The position numbers and the translations under genes were made by a program. A stretch of 64,000 bases of DNA from positions 1 to 64,000 of the forward strand of contig JAVEBF010000007.1 of the NCBI GenBank assembly GCA_051941275.1. The letters run 5' to 3'. A model generated the notes under the pieces. The model was given only the letters and a program-made list of their open reading frames with translations. It was not told the origin of the DNA and searched no databases. Of the stretch, positions 14,553-28,740 are shown piece by piece. Within the stretch, counting starts at the first letter, position 1, and each line of letters opens with the position of its first letter. The stretch comes from Dirinaria sp. TL-2023a. Taxonomy: Eukaryota.

Positions 14553-14999
14553 CATGTAGTCTTTCACCTCCACTGAGCGGATTCCAAGCATTCTTTCTCT
14601 GCCAGATAGCGAAGGTCAATTTCGAGGATCCAAAGACGGCCTCAGGTCCAGCAAGACTGGAATTGCAAGTCAATTATGTGACTTCGAACTTGACCATCGC
14701 AAGGCCGTGCAGAAGAGGTTCTGTTATCACTCTGAACGCTAGATACGTTGCGCCAGTATTGACAGTACAAAACCTGACTTGGCAGTAGATCAATCTTTCG
14801 AGTGATTCGGAGTCCTACGCTCTATTTTCTGCTCGTTCCGGTAGAGGACAAAGCTTGGGGGATCAAGAAATTAGCTCTACGTGGCGGATGAGGATGAAAT
14901 GTCAACTTTCCAGCGTGCCGTAGCGCAGACTGAAGTAGGCCTAAGTCTCATTTCAGATCTTCTATGGATATAGACCAGCGGCAGAGCTAATTCACCGCT

Positions 15000-16540
15000 T
15001 TAAGGCTTCTCACCCAGCGCTTTTTCAATTTTCAGCCAGTATTCCTTTCTCATTACGGGTTGAAGCCAATAATTCCCTTCTGCATCTTTGCCAGTGACTG
15101 AGAAGCCATTAATCAGCGAGCACCCTTTTGCAAATGCATGAAACTGAATGTATGACGGCCTTCCCGCTTTCTGTCCAGCCACATGACGCCCCTCCTTCAC
15201 TACCGCAGCGGAGAAGTCGGCCTCGTACAACTGAGCCTTGCTCCAGTTCGAAGACACCACCATGTGCATCCACGGGTCACCATACAGGCCACCATTGCCA
15301 GTTCTGTCTTGAGAGATCCGATCAAGGGACATGCGGGCCTCAATCTGTTCCTTCGTGCCAAGTTCTACAAGCGCTTTGCGAAGAGCGGCGGCCACATAGC
15401 CAAGGGATTTGGTCAAAACATCCCTCGCCATCATAAAGGCAGGCACATTCGTCACGGCGTTCGAAACGTAGGCGCTGCCAGCAGGAAGCACTCCCTCTTG
15501 GGCAAGGAGGCCGCGTAGCCCAAAGGCCATGTTGATGGCAATGGTTTGGTTTGGGTCTTTTGATATGCCGGAGAGAATGTGCCGTGTCCACCACGCACAC
15601 AAGACATCGCCTTCGCTAACGAAAGGTGGCGTATCACTTCTATCGCGTTCTATCGAGGAGATGTCATTCAAAGCAGTGTTGCGGAGTAATTGCATATAAG
15701 CCGCCGGCACGCAGATGATTCGGCTTTCGTGCCTCGGCCGCCAAAATATTTGGTCGAAGGCATATCGCAAGCCGAAAATCATCATTTGCCATGTGCCCAA
15801 CTGCCTACAGGAGTGCCGATACGGTTCGACAGGGCGAGATCCTAGCGTCGCCAGTGGATCGGTCTCGACACCGTACAAAGCGAGCACTTGGTCGTCCCGC
15901 CCCTGAAGCATGAGGGACCATGCGTCAAGCAGAGCCTTACGTCCCATGGCATCGAGCAGCACGTGTATCCAGGATAGTGTGATGAGTGTAGCGTCGGTAA
16001 AAGAGACAACGTGCAGTCCCAGCATTGGATGGTCGGTATAGATGTAATCCTTGAGGCATCGGGGGTCTTCTGGCCGACGCATAAAGGTGAGGAAGTCTTC
16101 GCTACGACCCACAATTTGAGGGCTTGTGGATGGCTTTGGAATGCGCGATGCAAGTGGATGGTCGGCGATGCCCATCTGGTATGACTCGTGATAGTAGGAA
16201 ATTGGGGGGCGTTGCTCGTCGAACTGCGAAGGGACATGGTATTCGAGTTTCCCTTTGTCCTAAACTAAGATTAGCCTTCAACAGCTCTCAGAGACCGTTT
16301 CCCTATAGATCAGTCTACATTGAGTCTCAGTCGAGCGCCCAGTTTGCGCCAATCATCTCGATTCAGAAGTTTCACCAGAGCTGCTTCGAGTTTTTGAGCA
16401 TCGAGTGCGTCATCAATTCGCATTAGGTAGTAGAGAACTACCGAGCGGGAGAAAGGAGTGTCGTCCCAGTAATGGAGAGGAATAACCTTGTCGATGGGTA
16501 CCGTTGGTGGTGCTTTAGGCTTGCTCTTGAATTTGAACAT
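15000..16540 (-). CDS. CoA-dependent acyltransferase (transferase/CAT-like fold, HxxxD)
   Basis: MFKFKSKPKAPPTVPIDKVIPLHYWDD start; intron about 16260-16318; WIHVLLDAMG HxxxD motif; FVSEGDVLCAWW; SNWSKAQLYEADFS (DFGWG-like). Confidence 0.85.
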
Positions 16541-18589
16541 CGTGACGGCTCGTCGATTATGACAATAGTAGTCGCTCAAAGCAAGCCCTGCACGTCTTTC
16601 AAGTCACATGGAACGAAAGTGCCTCCATTTAAGATGTCATGCGTGACAACAAATGATGACGATGCCGAGTAAAGTAGCTGAGCAGTGAGCACAGAGTTGA
16701 AAAGGAGCATGAAGGCAATGTTGCCAAGTGATGTATCCGGTATGTTGATCGATCCGCGCTGCTTCATTACATGGACCCAAGTGAATCTTAGATCGCGAAT
16801 CATCATCTGATTTAGTATGTAAGGTTGCTAGGTTGTCTCGTCAATTGTGATGAATTATTTGAACTGGTGGCCTACGTTCTGCATACGGTCTACTGGATGT
16901 CCCCAAGAGCTTCGTAGCTGTTTATCAGTATGCAGTAAGCCGACCATCTTTCGCTTCTCTGCACATAGCACCTGACTAGGCAGCCTTACGGGCCCCGCCT
17001 ACCCCTCTTCACCATCTGCACCGCTTCTTCAAGCGTCGCTTCTGTATTGTGGACGTTCAAGAACGGAGGACGAAGGGAGACAAATCCATGTGATGAATCG
17101 ACCCGTCGCCATTCACATCACAATTATACGCTCCATTATTCAATATCCTCGGGAGTTGTGAAACAAGAAGGTCTACCGGACAGCCAACTTATTCACTTGG
17201 TTTAGTACTCTGACTCGGCAACTCGAGAATCTTCAAAAGTGTGTAAAACGTATACTTTCCATCGTGAGCAGTTTGGGGATAGCATTCGCTACCATATCGT
17301 TGAATTCTGAAAGCTGGATGAATTGTCCTCTTTGAGCCTGTGCAGAGCCAAATGCAAGGCCCACATTATGTAGTGAGCAGAAGTACTGTGTTACGGATGC
17401 TCAATCGATGGAGAATGTATTTATTAAAGCGAACTCGTGGAAGGCTTGCAAGCCAAGCAAGCTTAGTACTCGATCATCTTTCTTGGCAAACAGAGCCGTC
17501 CTCGCTTTAAGGAGATTAAACATAGGACGACTGCCTAATGTAAAGCTGAAAGGTGGACTGAATCAGCTTCCATAGCGCAGAGCAATTGGGGAGGGTAAGA
17601 TGGAGTAGCAATCCCAAACCTGTCAACAATACGCCTCAATTGGCAGTTTGATGACGTGCGCAGGCACAAATGCCAGCGCTTAACAGAGCGTCAACTCCGG
17701 CGCGTACTGACGTTAGCTGGTTTCTTGTAAAAACCTTGAAAACTTCCAACATCGATCGACCCGCCACACAAGACCTCACTACACGAATGCTCTTCTTGGC
17801 AAGTCTTAGTTCGATCACGACAGCATTGAAAGGTCATGGCTGCGGGAGACCATGCTCATAGGCAACCAGTCAGCAGGACCCAAGAACACAGAAGCTGATA
17901 AAACAATTTAGTCCCCAAAAGCCTTTCCAGGCTTCAACGCCGCCTCCTAAATAGCGCTGAAGCAAAAGCCACTCTTACCATACCATGTCCCAACCCTTTG
18001 GACCAGACGACCGAAAACCCAATTTACCTTTGCGATTGAGGGTTGATAATGTTCGGGAGCTGCGCGAAGCAAATGGCTACAAAGGTGCTCCCACGACGCC
18101 TATAACATTGAAAACCACCGAGTCCACCACCAGGTCCACCACCAACGACCTTTCGGAAGCTGTCGCGCGCCATCGAGGGATCTTGTGCCTCAATGGGTTA
18201 CTTGTGGAAGATCGCAAAGCTGAGTTGGGATATTCGGAGGTCATGAAGGTGGAAAAGTTGTTGCCCGAGAATCCCGAGTCTCGTTAAAGGAATAGCTACG
18301 CAAGTTGGATGATAAGTTGGTAACACCCAAAGAAAGCACGTTTGGTCCAAGAATTTCGGCGTCTTTCGAAGCGTCGATTAGCAGGTCAAAGGTACTCTGC
18401 AGGTCTTGGAAACCTGCGGGACACAAGGATTGGTGTACATCGGTTTTGATGAGAATGACATGGTCGTTCTGCGACGGGTCTGTCCCAAAGGTTGAGCCAA
18501 AAAATGCTAATCAGAAGGCCATCTCGCTGACCTTCCGTGCATCTTGAACCCACAGCTAGAAATTAGTAGTTGGATAAATAGGTAGCCCA

Positions 18590-19580
18590 TTAACTTTGGG
18601 CTCCTTGGCCTTCAAGTGCATGCGCCCGTTGATGAACAGAGGTGAGATGAGGGGTGTGAATCTTGTCGTTTCACTCCTCCGGGGGCTTTGTTTAAGCATA
18701 GCAGCGATCATCGCTATATGGGCAGCATGTGTGATTGTGTAGGAACGACCGATCTTCGTGGCAGCTGACACGAGATCTCCATTTCCCTGTTCGGAAAAGC
18801 TATGGGAAGCTACTCCCGGCCTAGGGTCTGTGTGTCTTTCTATGGCATTCGGGAAAATCAGTTTCGCTGTCGGTCTTCGTCTGTTATCAGTCTAAGCAAT
18901 CCAAGCTACCGCGGTGTACACACGAACTCTTTGAGCTATGGGTAGTTCGCTGTCTCCTCGAACGGCCTTAGCAAAAGCAGAGCCGCTGAGTTCTTCATTC
19001 TCATACAATATCTCAATCCACGGAGGTGCAGGGGGTTTTTTTTTTGACTTTCCTTTCAACCAAGATTTGAGCTTGGTAGGGATAATTTTTGGCTGAGTTT
19101 GTTCGCAAGGTACTTGAAGAAGGAACCCACCACCATTCTACCTCCCACCAGAAGTGAAATGGAAGAAGAAAATGCTGGAGGCTGAATCTGCGTTTGGGAA
19201 ATGGAGATGGAGCATACTCAAGCTTGATTCACCGTTCTGAAACGTGCATTGCTCCCCCATGGCTCCCATCTCTTCTTCTCAGCATTGTGCATCTTCTTTG
19301 CATTTAGCTGTAAGGCATTTGACATGCCCGTTCATGGCTACTTCAGATGTCATCGCTATTTCCAGATGCTCGAAACGGACGCTGAGCCATACTGCTTCGG
19401 TTGCCCTTCTCAAAGCACCAAGATCCGTTTCTGTCGCAATTGAAACGCTTCCACTATTAAAAAAACCTCGGAGACTGACAGGTCTAATCTACCAATGGTT
19501 TTCTCGTGCCAGTGCCTTCCATTACCACACATCCGAGTTCTGTGGAGTTTATTACCACCTATACTTGGTGATATTTATTC
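18590..19580 (-). pseudogene. Decayed Tri3-like O-acetyltransferase
   Basis: Fragments KYRW**...VW*WKALARENHW, AVWLSVRFEHLEIA, PPWIEIL, TITHAAHIAMIAAML and SPLFINGRMHL, interrupted by stops and frameshifts; C-terminus not found. Confidence 0.6.
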
Positions 19581-19828
19581 CAAAAAGCTATGAGCCTTCG
19601 GATGTTCAATGTTAACTGCTTGTGACACGATAATGCATAAAATAGGGTTATCGCTCAGCTACAGTCAGAGAAATGGCAATCTCGTGAGATTGAGCTGGGA
19701 GAGAGAGATAGGCTGAAATGTCTCGGATTCTTAGTCCCTTGCACGCGCTTAACACATTCCTAACCCATAGCTATAGATGTCCATCATACACGCAATATGT
19801 TGTTTTCTCTTTGATTGAAATTTCGATC

Positions 19829-20862
19829 ATGGATGATAGGCATTTTTTTCCGCCACGAGAATCGCACCCTTCGTCTGAGTTCGAGGTTCCATCTCTGAAC
19901 GCATTTGTTTTCCTTTGGATTTTTGCAGTTTTTTTCATTCTCTTCGTCATTTACCGTCTTCTCGTGAGCTACTACCGTAGAAAACGCGATAGAGAATGGG
20001 AACAGCGCCTCCGATTCCTGGCCGATCATGTCGCCCATCGTCTAGCACCCTTACAAACCAAAAGCCAAGTGCCAACCCACCGCGTTCCCGAGCTTGCTGG
20101 TTGGAGAGGTCTTCGCTATGGCACCGGGCTGGGCTTTGGCATCGGCCTTGCGCTCTGGGTCGGCATTGCTAAAAGAAGCGGTGTTGAAACAACATTATTG
20201 GTCCTGACTGTATGGTGGATGATGTGGAACTGGCGGGTACGCCGTCAAGAGCAGGAGATTCTGGTTCAGGAGGAAGAGACACGGGTATTTGAGATACAGG
20301 CAAGTATCTTTGGTGGTGTTTTAGCGCTGGTCTGGCTTTCTCGGTGGGCGCAGGACTTTCTTTCCATTGGCCACTGGAGTGGACGGTCGTGTCATGCTTG
20401 GTTTGGGTCCTATCCTGGGCCACGTGGGGTGCTGGCGCGACGTGGACGTGGCAAGCTCGGCGTATCAGCTTGGAGTGTATTCAAGTCGGAGGCTTCAAAT
20501 GGGACTATGTCTCCGGCAGCGTCGGGCTTGCGACAAGATCCCTAGGTCTGCTCGCACAAGTTATCGCATTCGTAGTCGCGGGGACCGTATGGGCGCTTGC
20601 TCGGCTGTTCGGAAGTCTTTTGTTTGCATATGGTCCAGGAGAACAAGAGAACGGATTCGAATCCAGAGAACCACCGAACGCAGACCAGAACAGTAGGAGA
20701 AATTCCAATCCTAGTCCCAGCCCCGATCCTACAAATCCCGCTCCACCACAGGAAGACCCATCGGCGCAGCTCATTGGTGCGTTATCGGATGATTCGCTCC
20801 CAAGCGTGCCTCTTCAGCAGGGAGAGCAACAATCTCGGAGACGTACCCGCGGCAGGCCTTGA
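19829..20862 (+). CDS. Hypothetical multi-pass membrane protein split over two frames
   Basis: Hydrophobic segments in ORF 19718-20545 continue in the overlapping frame 20344-20862; needs an intron or frameshift near 20300-20355. Confidence 0.4.
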
Positions 20863-21646
20863 CACTTTGCTTCCAAAGACGAGTGGCTCATTGGGGGTTG
20901 GTGGAAGATTTGTCCGTTAACTGTTCGTTCCTCATATAAGAGGAAATCCACTTATTGATACCATAGCAAGATGTAAACGTGCATTGATAGATTGGTTGTT
21001 ACGAAAGGTTGTGTCGTGAGGCATCTGACCAGAATCTAATTTCGATTCGGAAACAACCAGCACTCCTCCAGATACATTTGAGTATTGAGAAAACATCATC
21101 AAGGTTCAACATCTGGATTATCGGAATTCAAAAACAAAGGACATTGTAGTTATAATGACGGTCCGAATTGCAGACGCGCAAAATTAAAAATTACCTAGAA
21201 GCGTCAAAGAAATATGGTGCTTTATCTGCGTCGTAATCTTAAGCCCTTCACATTTTCACAGGCAACCATCACTGCTTTGACTGTATGTTCTCAACGGATG
21301 CACCTAAAGCCACGCTAAGCATTTAAGGGCAAAGTTGGCAGTCGAACACAGAAGTTTGTTAGATGACAGGCGCTTTGTGGAAGCTCGTTCAGCGATCCAA
21401 TTGAGGGTTCGAGCCAGTATAATATTGAATAGCGGACTCGATATTACCTGTGCAATGCTAGCTATAATGCGCATCATGTGGCGCTTCAACATTCCGCCTA
21501 CAAGTTACACCGACAGCCATAAACGTCACTATGTACAGCTTACCCATCTTTGCTTATAGATTCCAGCTTCGTTTCGGATTGGCCGACAAACTCCACCAAG
21601 TCCACGAATTCTTCTTATACCGCGCAGCTCCACATACACAAAGATT

Positions 21647-23418
21647 TCAGAAGTCATTCTTAACCAGCGTCATTGGCGGCACATAGTGTCTTTTCCCGTT
21701 TATATGGTAATACACGGTCGCTATTATGATGACCGCGCCAAACAACAGGATCGCCCAGTTCATGTCCGCTGGATCTGGGTTGGGGCTTATTGGGAAAAAG
21801 CTGAGCACGAAACTAATGATCAAAAATACCAGTGCGGCATCGTTGACAGGGCCGCCGTATTTGCACAGAGACCATCTCCGTGGGAGGAGAGGCTGGCCGC
21901 GAAGACGCTTTAGGCGCACGCAGCCGATCGAGCAAATGTAGGAGAAAAGTAGGGCAGCGTTGCTGACCGAGAGGATGGCGCCGAGGGCAACGTCGGAGCC
22001 AAAGTTTAGGCAGGTTAGGGCGATGCTGATGCCGAAGACGGTGACAATGGCGTTAACGGGGATGTCCCAGCCGGGTTTGACCTGCGCTTTGGATTAGCGA
22101 ATGCCGTCATATGATGGTGCCTGTGGTGTAATGCACATACACGCTCAATATAGCTGGAGAATGGAAATCCCCTGTCACGGGCAAAAGCCCACATTTGACG
22201 CGAAGTCGCCGCAACGCATGTAATAGTGCCAACCAAGGAGAGGAGGAGGAGAACGATGGTCATGACTGCAGTGGCGGCGTAAGAGCCTGTTGAATTGTAA
22301 AGAACCTGAATAATTGGGTAGCCGGTGGGGGAGTCGAGCACAGTCTCGATGTCACCAATGCAGAAGCAAAAAGTGATGATCATCACCAGACCGAAGAAAG
22401 CGTTAACGGCAGTCGACCATACCATCGCTCTTGGCAGCACTGAGCCCGCGTCTCTTAACTCTTCAGCCATGTGGGCACCAGCGTCGGGGCACAGGAAACA
22501 CCAGAGCGGGGTTGTGATGCCAACGAGCGTAGACAGGCCTTTATTTCCCCATCCACCAAGGTCGTTGAAATTTGTGAAGACCGCGCTGGCTGGAGCATGA
22601 TCGCTCATGATCCAGAGAACAAGTAAGAAGGCAAAGAATCCGAAGACGTGCAACATGAGGAAGATGCCCTCTGCCATGGGCAAAGTCCGCGCAAGCCAGA
22701 TATTAAAGGCACAAGCGATAATGAGGAAAGCGAAAATTAAAAGGGTAGTTTGCCACAATGTCGTGATATCGGCGTTCTCGTTCTTGAGTAAGACGAGACC
22801 TTGAATCATGGTCGAAGTGATTTGAGCGGCAGCAGGATTCCCAGTGACCCATCCAAGACAGCAGCACCAACCTATTGCGTGGTTAGTGGAGGAGAAACAA
22901 TTGCAGCAACAAAACATACCAACGATGTAGCTGAGAGGTTTCTGGACCGAGGTTGGTGCAAACTCGGAGACCCAATGATATTGTCCTCCCGCTGTAGGGG
23001 CCATTGAAGCCATCTCAGCCATGGAACAGATCATACACATGACTCCGGTAATGACGAAAACCGTCATCCAAATGGTGCCGGCGGTGCCTCCATTTGTGAG
23101 ACCATAGCTAGCAACGAGTAATGTGCTTTCCCAACTAGACTGTAGAATCATGACAAAACCCGCAATGGACAGAAAGCTGAAATTTCTCTATGCCACAAAT
23201 TAGCATTGCCTTGCGACTGTTGGCAGAGCCGCTCTTCGTACCCTGAGCTCCTGCCTTTTGCCCAACCTCGTCATGTCCGCCGCATCTTCGTGGGTCCCTC
23301 CCTTGATGAGAACCTCATTTGTGGTCGCATCGTCATAGCCGACCTCAATCTCTTTGGTATTGACCTGTGAATTGAGTTTGACGTCCATTGAGCCTTTGTC
23401 CATCAATTCGATGCCCAT
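21647..23418 (-). CDS. APC-superfamily amino acid/GABA/choline permease
   Basis: LGKRQELR; SMAEMASMAPTAGGQYHWVSEFAP; HMAEE; SRQMWAFARDRGFPFS; about 12 TM segments across introns. Confidence 0.93.
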
Positions 23419-24748
23419 TTTTGTCAAAGAAAAACAAGGATAGAGATGACCGAGGGCAAAGTGCCAGCTTAAGAGAGAAAACCCAAAACTAGACCAGCCC
23501 AACAGATAGGCACCGCGCAGGATAATCTGTGAGATCGACACTGCTAAGGAGAGGGAGTGAACATTCGAGAGCCAGAATAGACCGTTGATCACAGAGTCGA
23601 TCGATCCTCGATATCCATGCGTTGTAAAAGTCGCCTAATGGAACCCGGCAGAATCCGCTTGCATAGGCTACCACCAGTATGTCTGGTCCCAATTGCCATT
23701 CATTACTATACTCATTCCGTTCATAGCCTAAATCTTAGACAAGCACCGGGCTCAATTTACAATATAATCAGATGGCGTAGCATAGATTACTATATCTGTC
23801 TTGGCATTAGCTCACGCCTTTAGACGTGGAAGATACGTGCCAAAGGTCCCCACGCAACTCTTGTCTAAACCTTGGCGGCGGCCAAGTCTAGACCCCCTAT
23901 AAGACAAGCTAGTAATTGGTGGAAGCAAGGAGGATTCTGTGTCCAGATGCACCTACCAAGCACCACGTGGACCCCGGTGTCCCGCGCTCCACTATGGAAC
24001 GCCGGCTAAAAGCTAATTGGCTTTTTACGGTCGTGCGGATTACCGAGCAGCTAGTGGAGTCACTAAAGCACGCTCCTACCGTTCATGCAGCGTGATTGTG
24101 GGCTCAACAATGCCGAAGATCGAAACACAAGTATTTCGTTGTGTCAATTTTACGACAGAGTGAGCAATCCTGCCAGTATGCAAGATTACTGTGAGTGTTT
24201 TGAGGAGCTCGAGAGGATTTACTTCGACTGCGAAAACGCTTCAAAGCATTGCGCCTCGGTTCCCCGCGGCCGGGCTAAGAGCCGCCAAGGCGGAAACATT
24301 GGGGGCTCGCGTAGCTTATCTACCCCTAGTACTCCAACCTGTAATTTAATTTCCCAGAATCAGCCTCCGACTCGCGAATAATGCGCTGGCTTGACGAAAT
24401 AGAAAAATATGAAAGAATTTCGGCACTTGTGATAACTATTCGAAGCTTGATTCGTTCATATGCTCTGCCCAGGTGAGTACATTATACCTAGTCCATACTA
24501 TTAACCCCCGCGAAGACTTGACCTATTGAAAAATATCCCCAGTGGTAGCTATCAAATCCTCCTAAGAAAGCCACCAACCTGCATCAGATACAAGTTTATC
24601 CCTGCCATACAGACTTGGCAAGCGAGGGTTCAGTCTGCTCTCCGGTCCTCGACACAAGACATCCTCTTCCCCATGTATCCTTCAATACGACAGAGGTCCC
24701 TAGATCTGGCCAGTTTTGGCAACGTCCTCTCCCCCTTTGACGCTCCAA

Positions 24749-26266
24749 ATGTCTTCTACGGCGGCAGTAGCCTCCAGTGCATCAACCGCACAGCCCACGT
24801 CAACAATCCTACACGATGCCAACACGCGGCGCATTAACGCCTTGCAGGTCACCGTCGCTCTTTCACTGACCTACTCCGTCCTTAATGTGGTGATAAGAGT
24901 ATGGATCAGACGAGGCTTTTATGGTTTGGATGATCTTATAGCAGTTGCCGCAATGGTACGACGAAGGAGAAGAATCTAGGAGGCAAGGAAGGTATATCTT
25001 TGGCTGATCATGTGCATTAGGTGCTGGCTTTCGCCCAATATGCTACCGAGTTCGTCACTATCAATGCAGGTCTAGGAAACTCAGGATCTAGACTGGAGAA
25101 CAAGGACCTCGGGCATTTGAATAACGTGCGTGCCAATATCAAAGGAGTTGCATGGCCATGCTAAGCAAGCTAGTAGACCACGATGGCCAGTCTTGTCCTT
25201 TTCCTTACCGCATTATACATGTCCAAGATATCAGCAATATCCTTCATGTCTCGATTTGCTCAACCTGGTCGGCACTGGAAGGAGGTTTACGCTTGCCTTG
25301 CTATCACAGCGGCTTTAGGAATCGGCTCCATTGTCGCTCTCACGGCTAGCTGTGGCATGATCAACTCAAATTTTTACTGGGATTTTGCCCACTTTGGTGA
25401 TCGATGTGCGAGTCAGGTCTTGCGGTGGAAGCTTCTCACAGCTATGGATGTTGTCAGCGAGCTTCTGATTTTGGCCCTCCCAGTGGACTCGATCTGGAGC
25501 TTGCGGATGCCTACTACAAAGAAGGTTGGGGTGCTGAGTGCCTTTTACATAAGAATTCCGTAAGCCATATATCCTAATCCTCTCGAAAACATCCGTCTGA
25601 TGAATAACATCTCCTTCTAGCGTTCTTGCATTCTCGTTAGCCAGAGTCTATTACACCAATAACCTGCCCTCCTCGCTCGACATTGGCGTCACCGCAAGCG
25701 CTATTCTTGTCTGGCAGGAAGTCGAGCTTACCTACTCCCTCGCTGCAACGACTCTTATGACCCTCCGCCCCTTTACCAAAGACTTCAACACTGGGTTTGG
25801 TATGGGTGGTGATGCGGTTGGCGAATACGGTAACACGGGCGACGGCTCAGGACGAGGCACATCAAGAGGTCGCTATGGTACCAAGCGTTTGAGTAGAGCA
25901 CAGCGAAAACACAGCGAAATACTATCGGAGACCAATTACGAACTCGATCACCGCACACATCGTTGGGGCTATCACAACCACAAGGCTGAGAAATCTAAGG
26001 CTGAAAAACCTAAGCCAGTCATCGTTCAGGAGACTTACATTGGGGAGCAAGACGCATGTCGCTCTCTGCCACAGTCCCCAACCACAGAAGAGCGTGAATT
26101 GAGAGGTAATACGACGACGGTAATCTATGCTTCACCTGCATCGGCACCACCAGCGTGCAATAGAAGACAAATGTCAGGTTCGAGTGGCAGTGCTGGTACG
26201 AATCCGGATGAAATTACAGTGACGCACTCAGTGGAACAGAAAGTTAGACCAAGGAATATGGTGTGA
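24749..26266 (+). CDS. PTH11-like (fungal rhodopsin-domain) integral membrane protein
   Basis: YGLDDLIAVAA; LYMSKIS; DVVSELLILALP...LRMPTTKKVGVLSAFYIR; TLRPFTKDF followed by a hydrophilic tail; introns. Confidence 0.82.
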
Positions 26267-28740
26267 TTGAGCACGGACAACCTAAGGTGTTCTGGATGGA
26301 GTCACAGAATTACGACGATTTGGTCGCAAGATGCAGCGTCGAGGAGCAGCAACTTATTCATCCCGTTCTTGGGCGGGGGATGGGGCTCACTTGAGCTGAG
26401 CTCTAACACCAAAAACAAGAATACAATTGGTGCTGAGTGTCAACTTGGATGGAATGAAATAGACTCAAGAGGCCGCGGCACGATGCAGAAAAGCTATCAC
26501 ACTACTAACGCGGCGTTTTAACTCTCATCCAGTCAGATGTATATAAGAGAATTTTCATCCATGTATATAAACGTAGGGTATTTGAATTATAAAACTCATA
26601 TCTCTTTGCGCCGCCTCCCAGGACGACTTATGCTCTCTAAACTGTGCTCGAGACTATTTCCAAACACACGATGCATCGATACCTTCAGTCCAGGCATCTT
26701 GGGTCTGGTTCGCGTTCCAAATCTTATAATCTAGCACTACCTAGCTCGCTGACTTTCGGTATTGATACTAGCCCAACCAGGTAAGAGTGCCGCAAGCACA
26801 TCCAGCCTCCCAGCTCCCAGCCTCCTGAGGGAGAGCTCACACTCAAGGGTCATTCTAGGGTTGCTACCATATCGAATGGAATGGAAGGGCAAAATGCGAT
26901 TGCTTGCCTGCTCAAGAGGCTTGCAGTCTCACACTGTCGGTTGATGAGATCCTCCTTACCTTTGTGGCGGACTAGGCTCTTAGGGTGTTAGACTTTGAAC
27001 TGACTTGGTTGCAAACAGGCAGACTTCGTATTTGCAGAGCATATTGCCTGTTGCCAAGGACGCAAGTCGCTGAGCGCGATAATGTGACACTCTGACTCTG
27101 TCGCTGTGTGTAGACATAAAGTGTATGCAATCTTCACTCCCCCTCGCCGTCTCTACAATACATGTAGCAAAATCCTGTAAAATTCCCGATGATGTGCAAT
27201 CCCAATATTCCGAGTTAGCGAAAAGGTGGTAGAAAGTCTAGACTCATCTAAATCGAGACTTACAATTTTCAAAACCATTCAATCACAAAAAGCTATGCTA
27301 CTAAATTCTAAAAGTTAGGGGAAAGACTTAAAGAGAAGACTAAAGCTCTTAATATCAAGTTAATCAAGCACTAAAGACATTGCATTTCCAGATTTCTGTA
27401 ATACGACCTTTTTTTGTGATGACTTGATATAAACTCCCAAGGAGATTCTATCAATTAGAATTCTAGCTAATCTCGTCAGCATCAATCCACCCTGCTGGTC
27501 TCAAATCTTGTCCTCAGAGGTCCAGCATCGGCATATGTTCCCCCGACAGTCTTCTTTGACAATGGTCTCGCAATCTGAAAGCCAATGTGATTGTTCATAC
27601 GCTCGGTGTGGTCGTTAGCATCGTTGCTGTGATAGAGAGGCTCTCCCCGCTGATATGTGGCTGGAAGATCCTCTTTCAGATAGAATTTGCGGACTTTTTC
27701 TACGTATGTGGAGAGGTCGTTGGACCCGTCGCGGCCTAAGGACCGCAGTGAGTTTGGCGTATTGTGTTCTGGTTTTTGTCTGTCATTTATCTAGATCTGC
27801 CCCAGTTACGTAGAGTATGGAACGTGTTCAGGAATTCGAGTAAGCTGTGGGTACATGAAAGAAAAAGGGAGTTTCAGATGATGGTGTCCGTTCATGTCTT
27901 CGCTTGCGAGCGTTAGATCATCTTTTGAGAGTCGAAGAGTGTTTCATCAGCGTAGTTTTGACATCGATAGCTTTGCCGATCTCAATGTAAAAAAGGACCG
28001 GCGTGAGATCTATAGTGGAAACCTTGAACCCTGTTGTCGACGTGAAATGAAGCAAATTTCAACAAGGGAGAGTAATGAAGACTTGGCAAATTGTTCAAGG
28101 TTGGGGTAAGCTGAATGGAGATGAGCCAAAAAAGCTGCGACGAGTACTAGCTCATTTTTCTGGAGGTAGGCTTTCTTGGCGGGACGACGAAAGGGTGCTT
28201 TGTAAATCATTTTGTTTCATGGATAGTAGTACGGTGGTACTATTTTCAGCCAAAAAATGCTTCTACCCGATTAGTCCCATGGTTCTACACGAATTTATTA
28301 GGTATTTGAGCAAGCTTTGCGTATCCTGAATTCCGATCCGAGCATTATCACCTCTATTAGCCAACAATTTGGCGGCAGTGAACGATCACGGCGGTACCTT
28401 GTACGCTCGACGGCGCTGTTGTGATGCTGCACGTAGAGGGTAGCTTTTCATCAATGTGCGGTGGCGGTCTTGCTCGAACTGGACTCAATAATAGTTTTGG
28501 AAAAATGATGGTTGATGGCTATAATCTTCATCCGAGGGTGGATGTCCTTTTCGTAAAGCATGATGGGCTCTAGAAGTAAGTGGAAGAACACTAACGATGA
28601 AAAGTGATCGATGCCAAGAAGCAATGAAACCCTTGGTGAAACACTCTCGGGCCAAGTCGGCCGACCTTCCCAATTTGTCATGAGATACCGCGCACATTCG
28701 AAATCATTTCTGGGCGCTCCACGGTACACAATTTTCTCAG

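Noticed and set aside
17000..18550. Coding-like fragments (e.g. 17985-18547 +)
   Set aside because: Broken frames and no family I can name; probably a gene relic
21647..26266. Permease and PTH11-like genes as members of the PKS cluster
   Set aside because: Common gene families, separated from the PKS genes by decayed DNA; nothing in the sequence links them
27200..28330. AT-rich tract and short ORFs suggestive of a RIP-degraded element
   Set aside because: No transposase or RT motifs and no terminal repeats identifiable by eye
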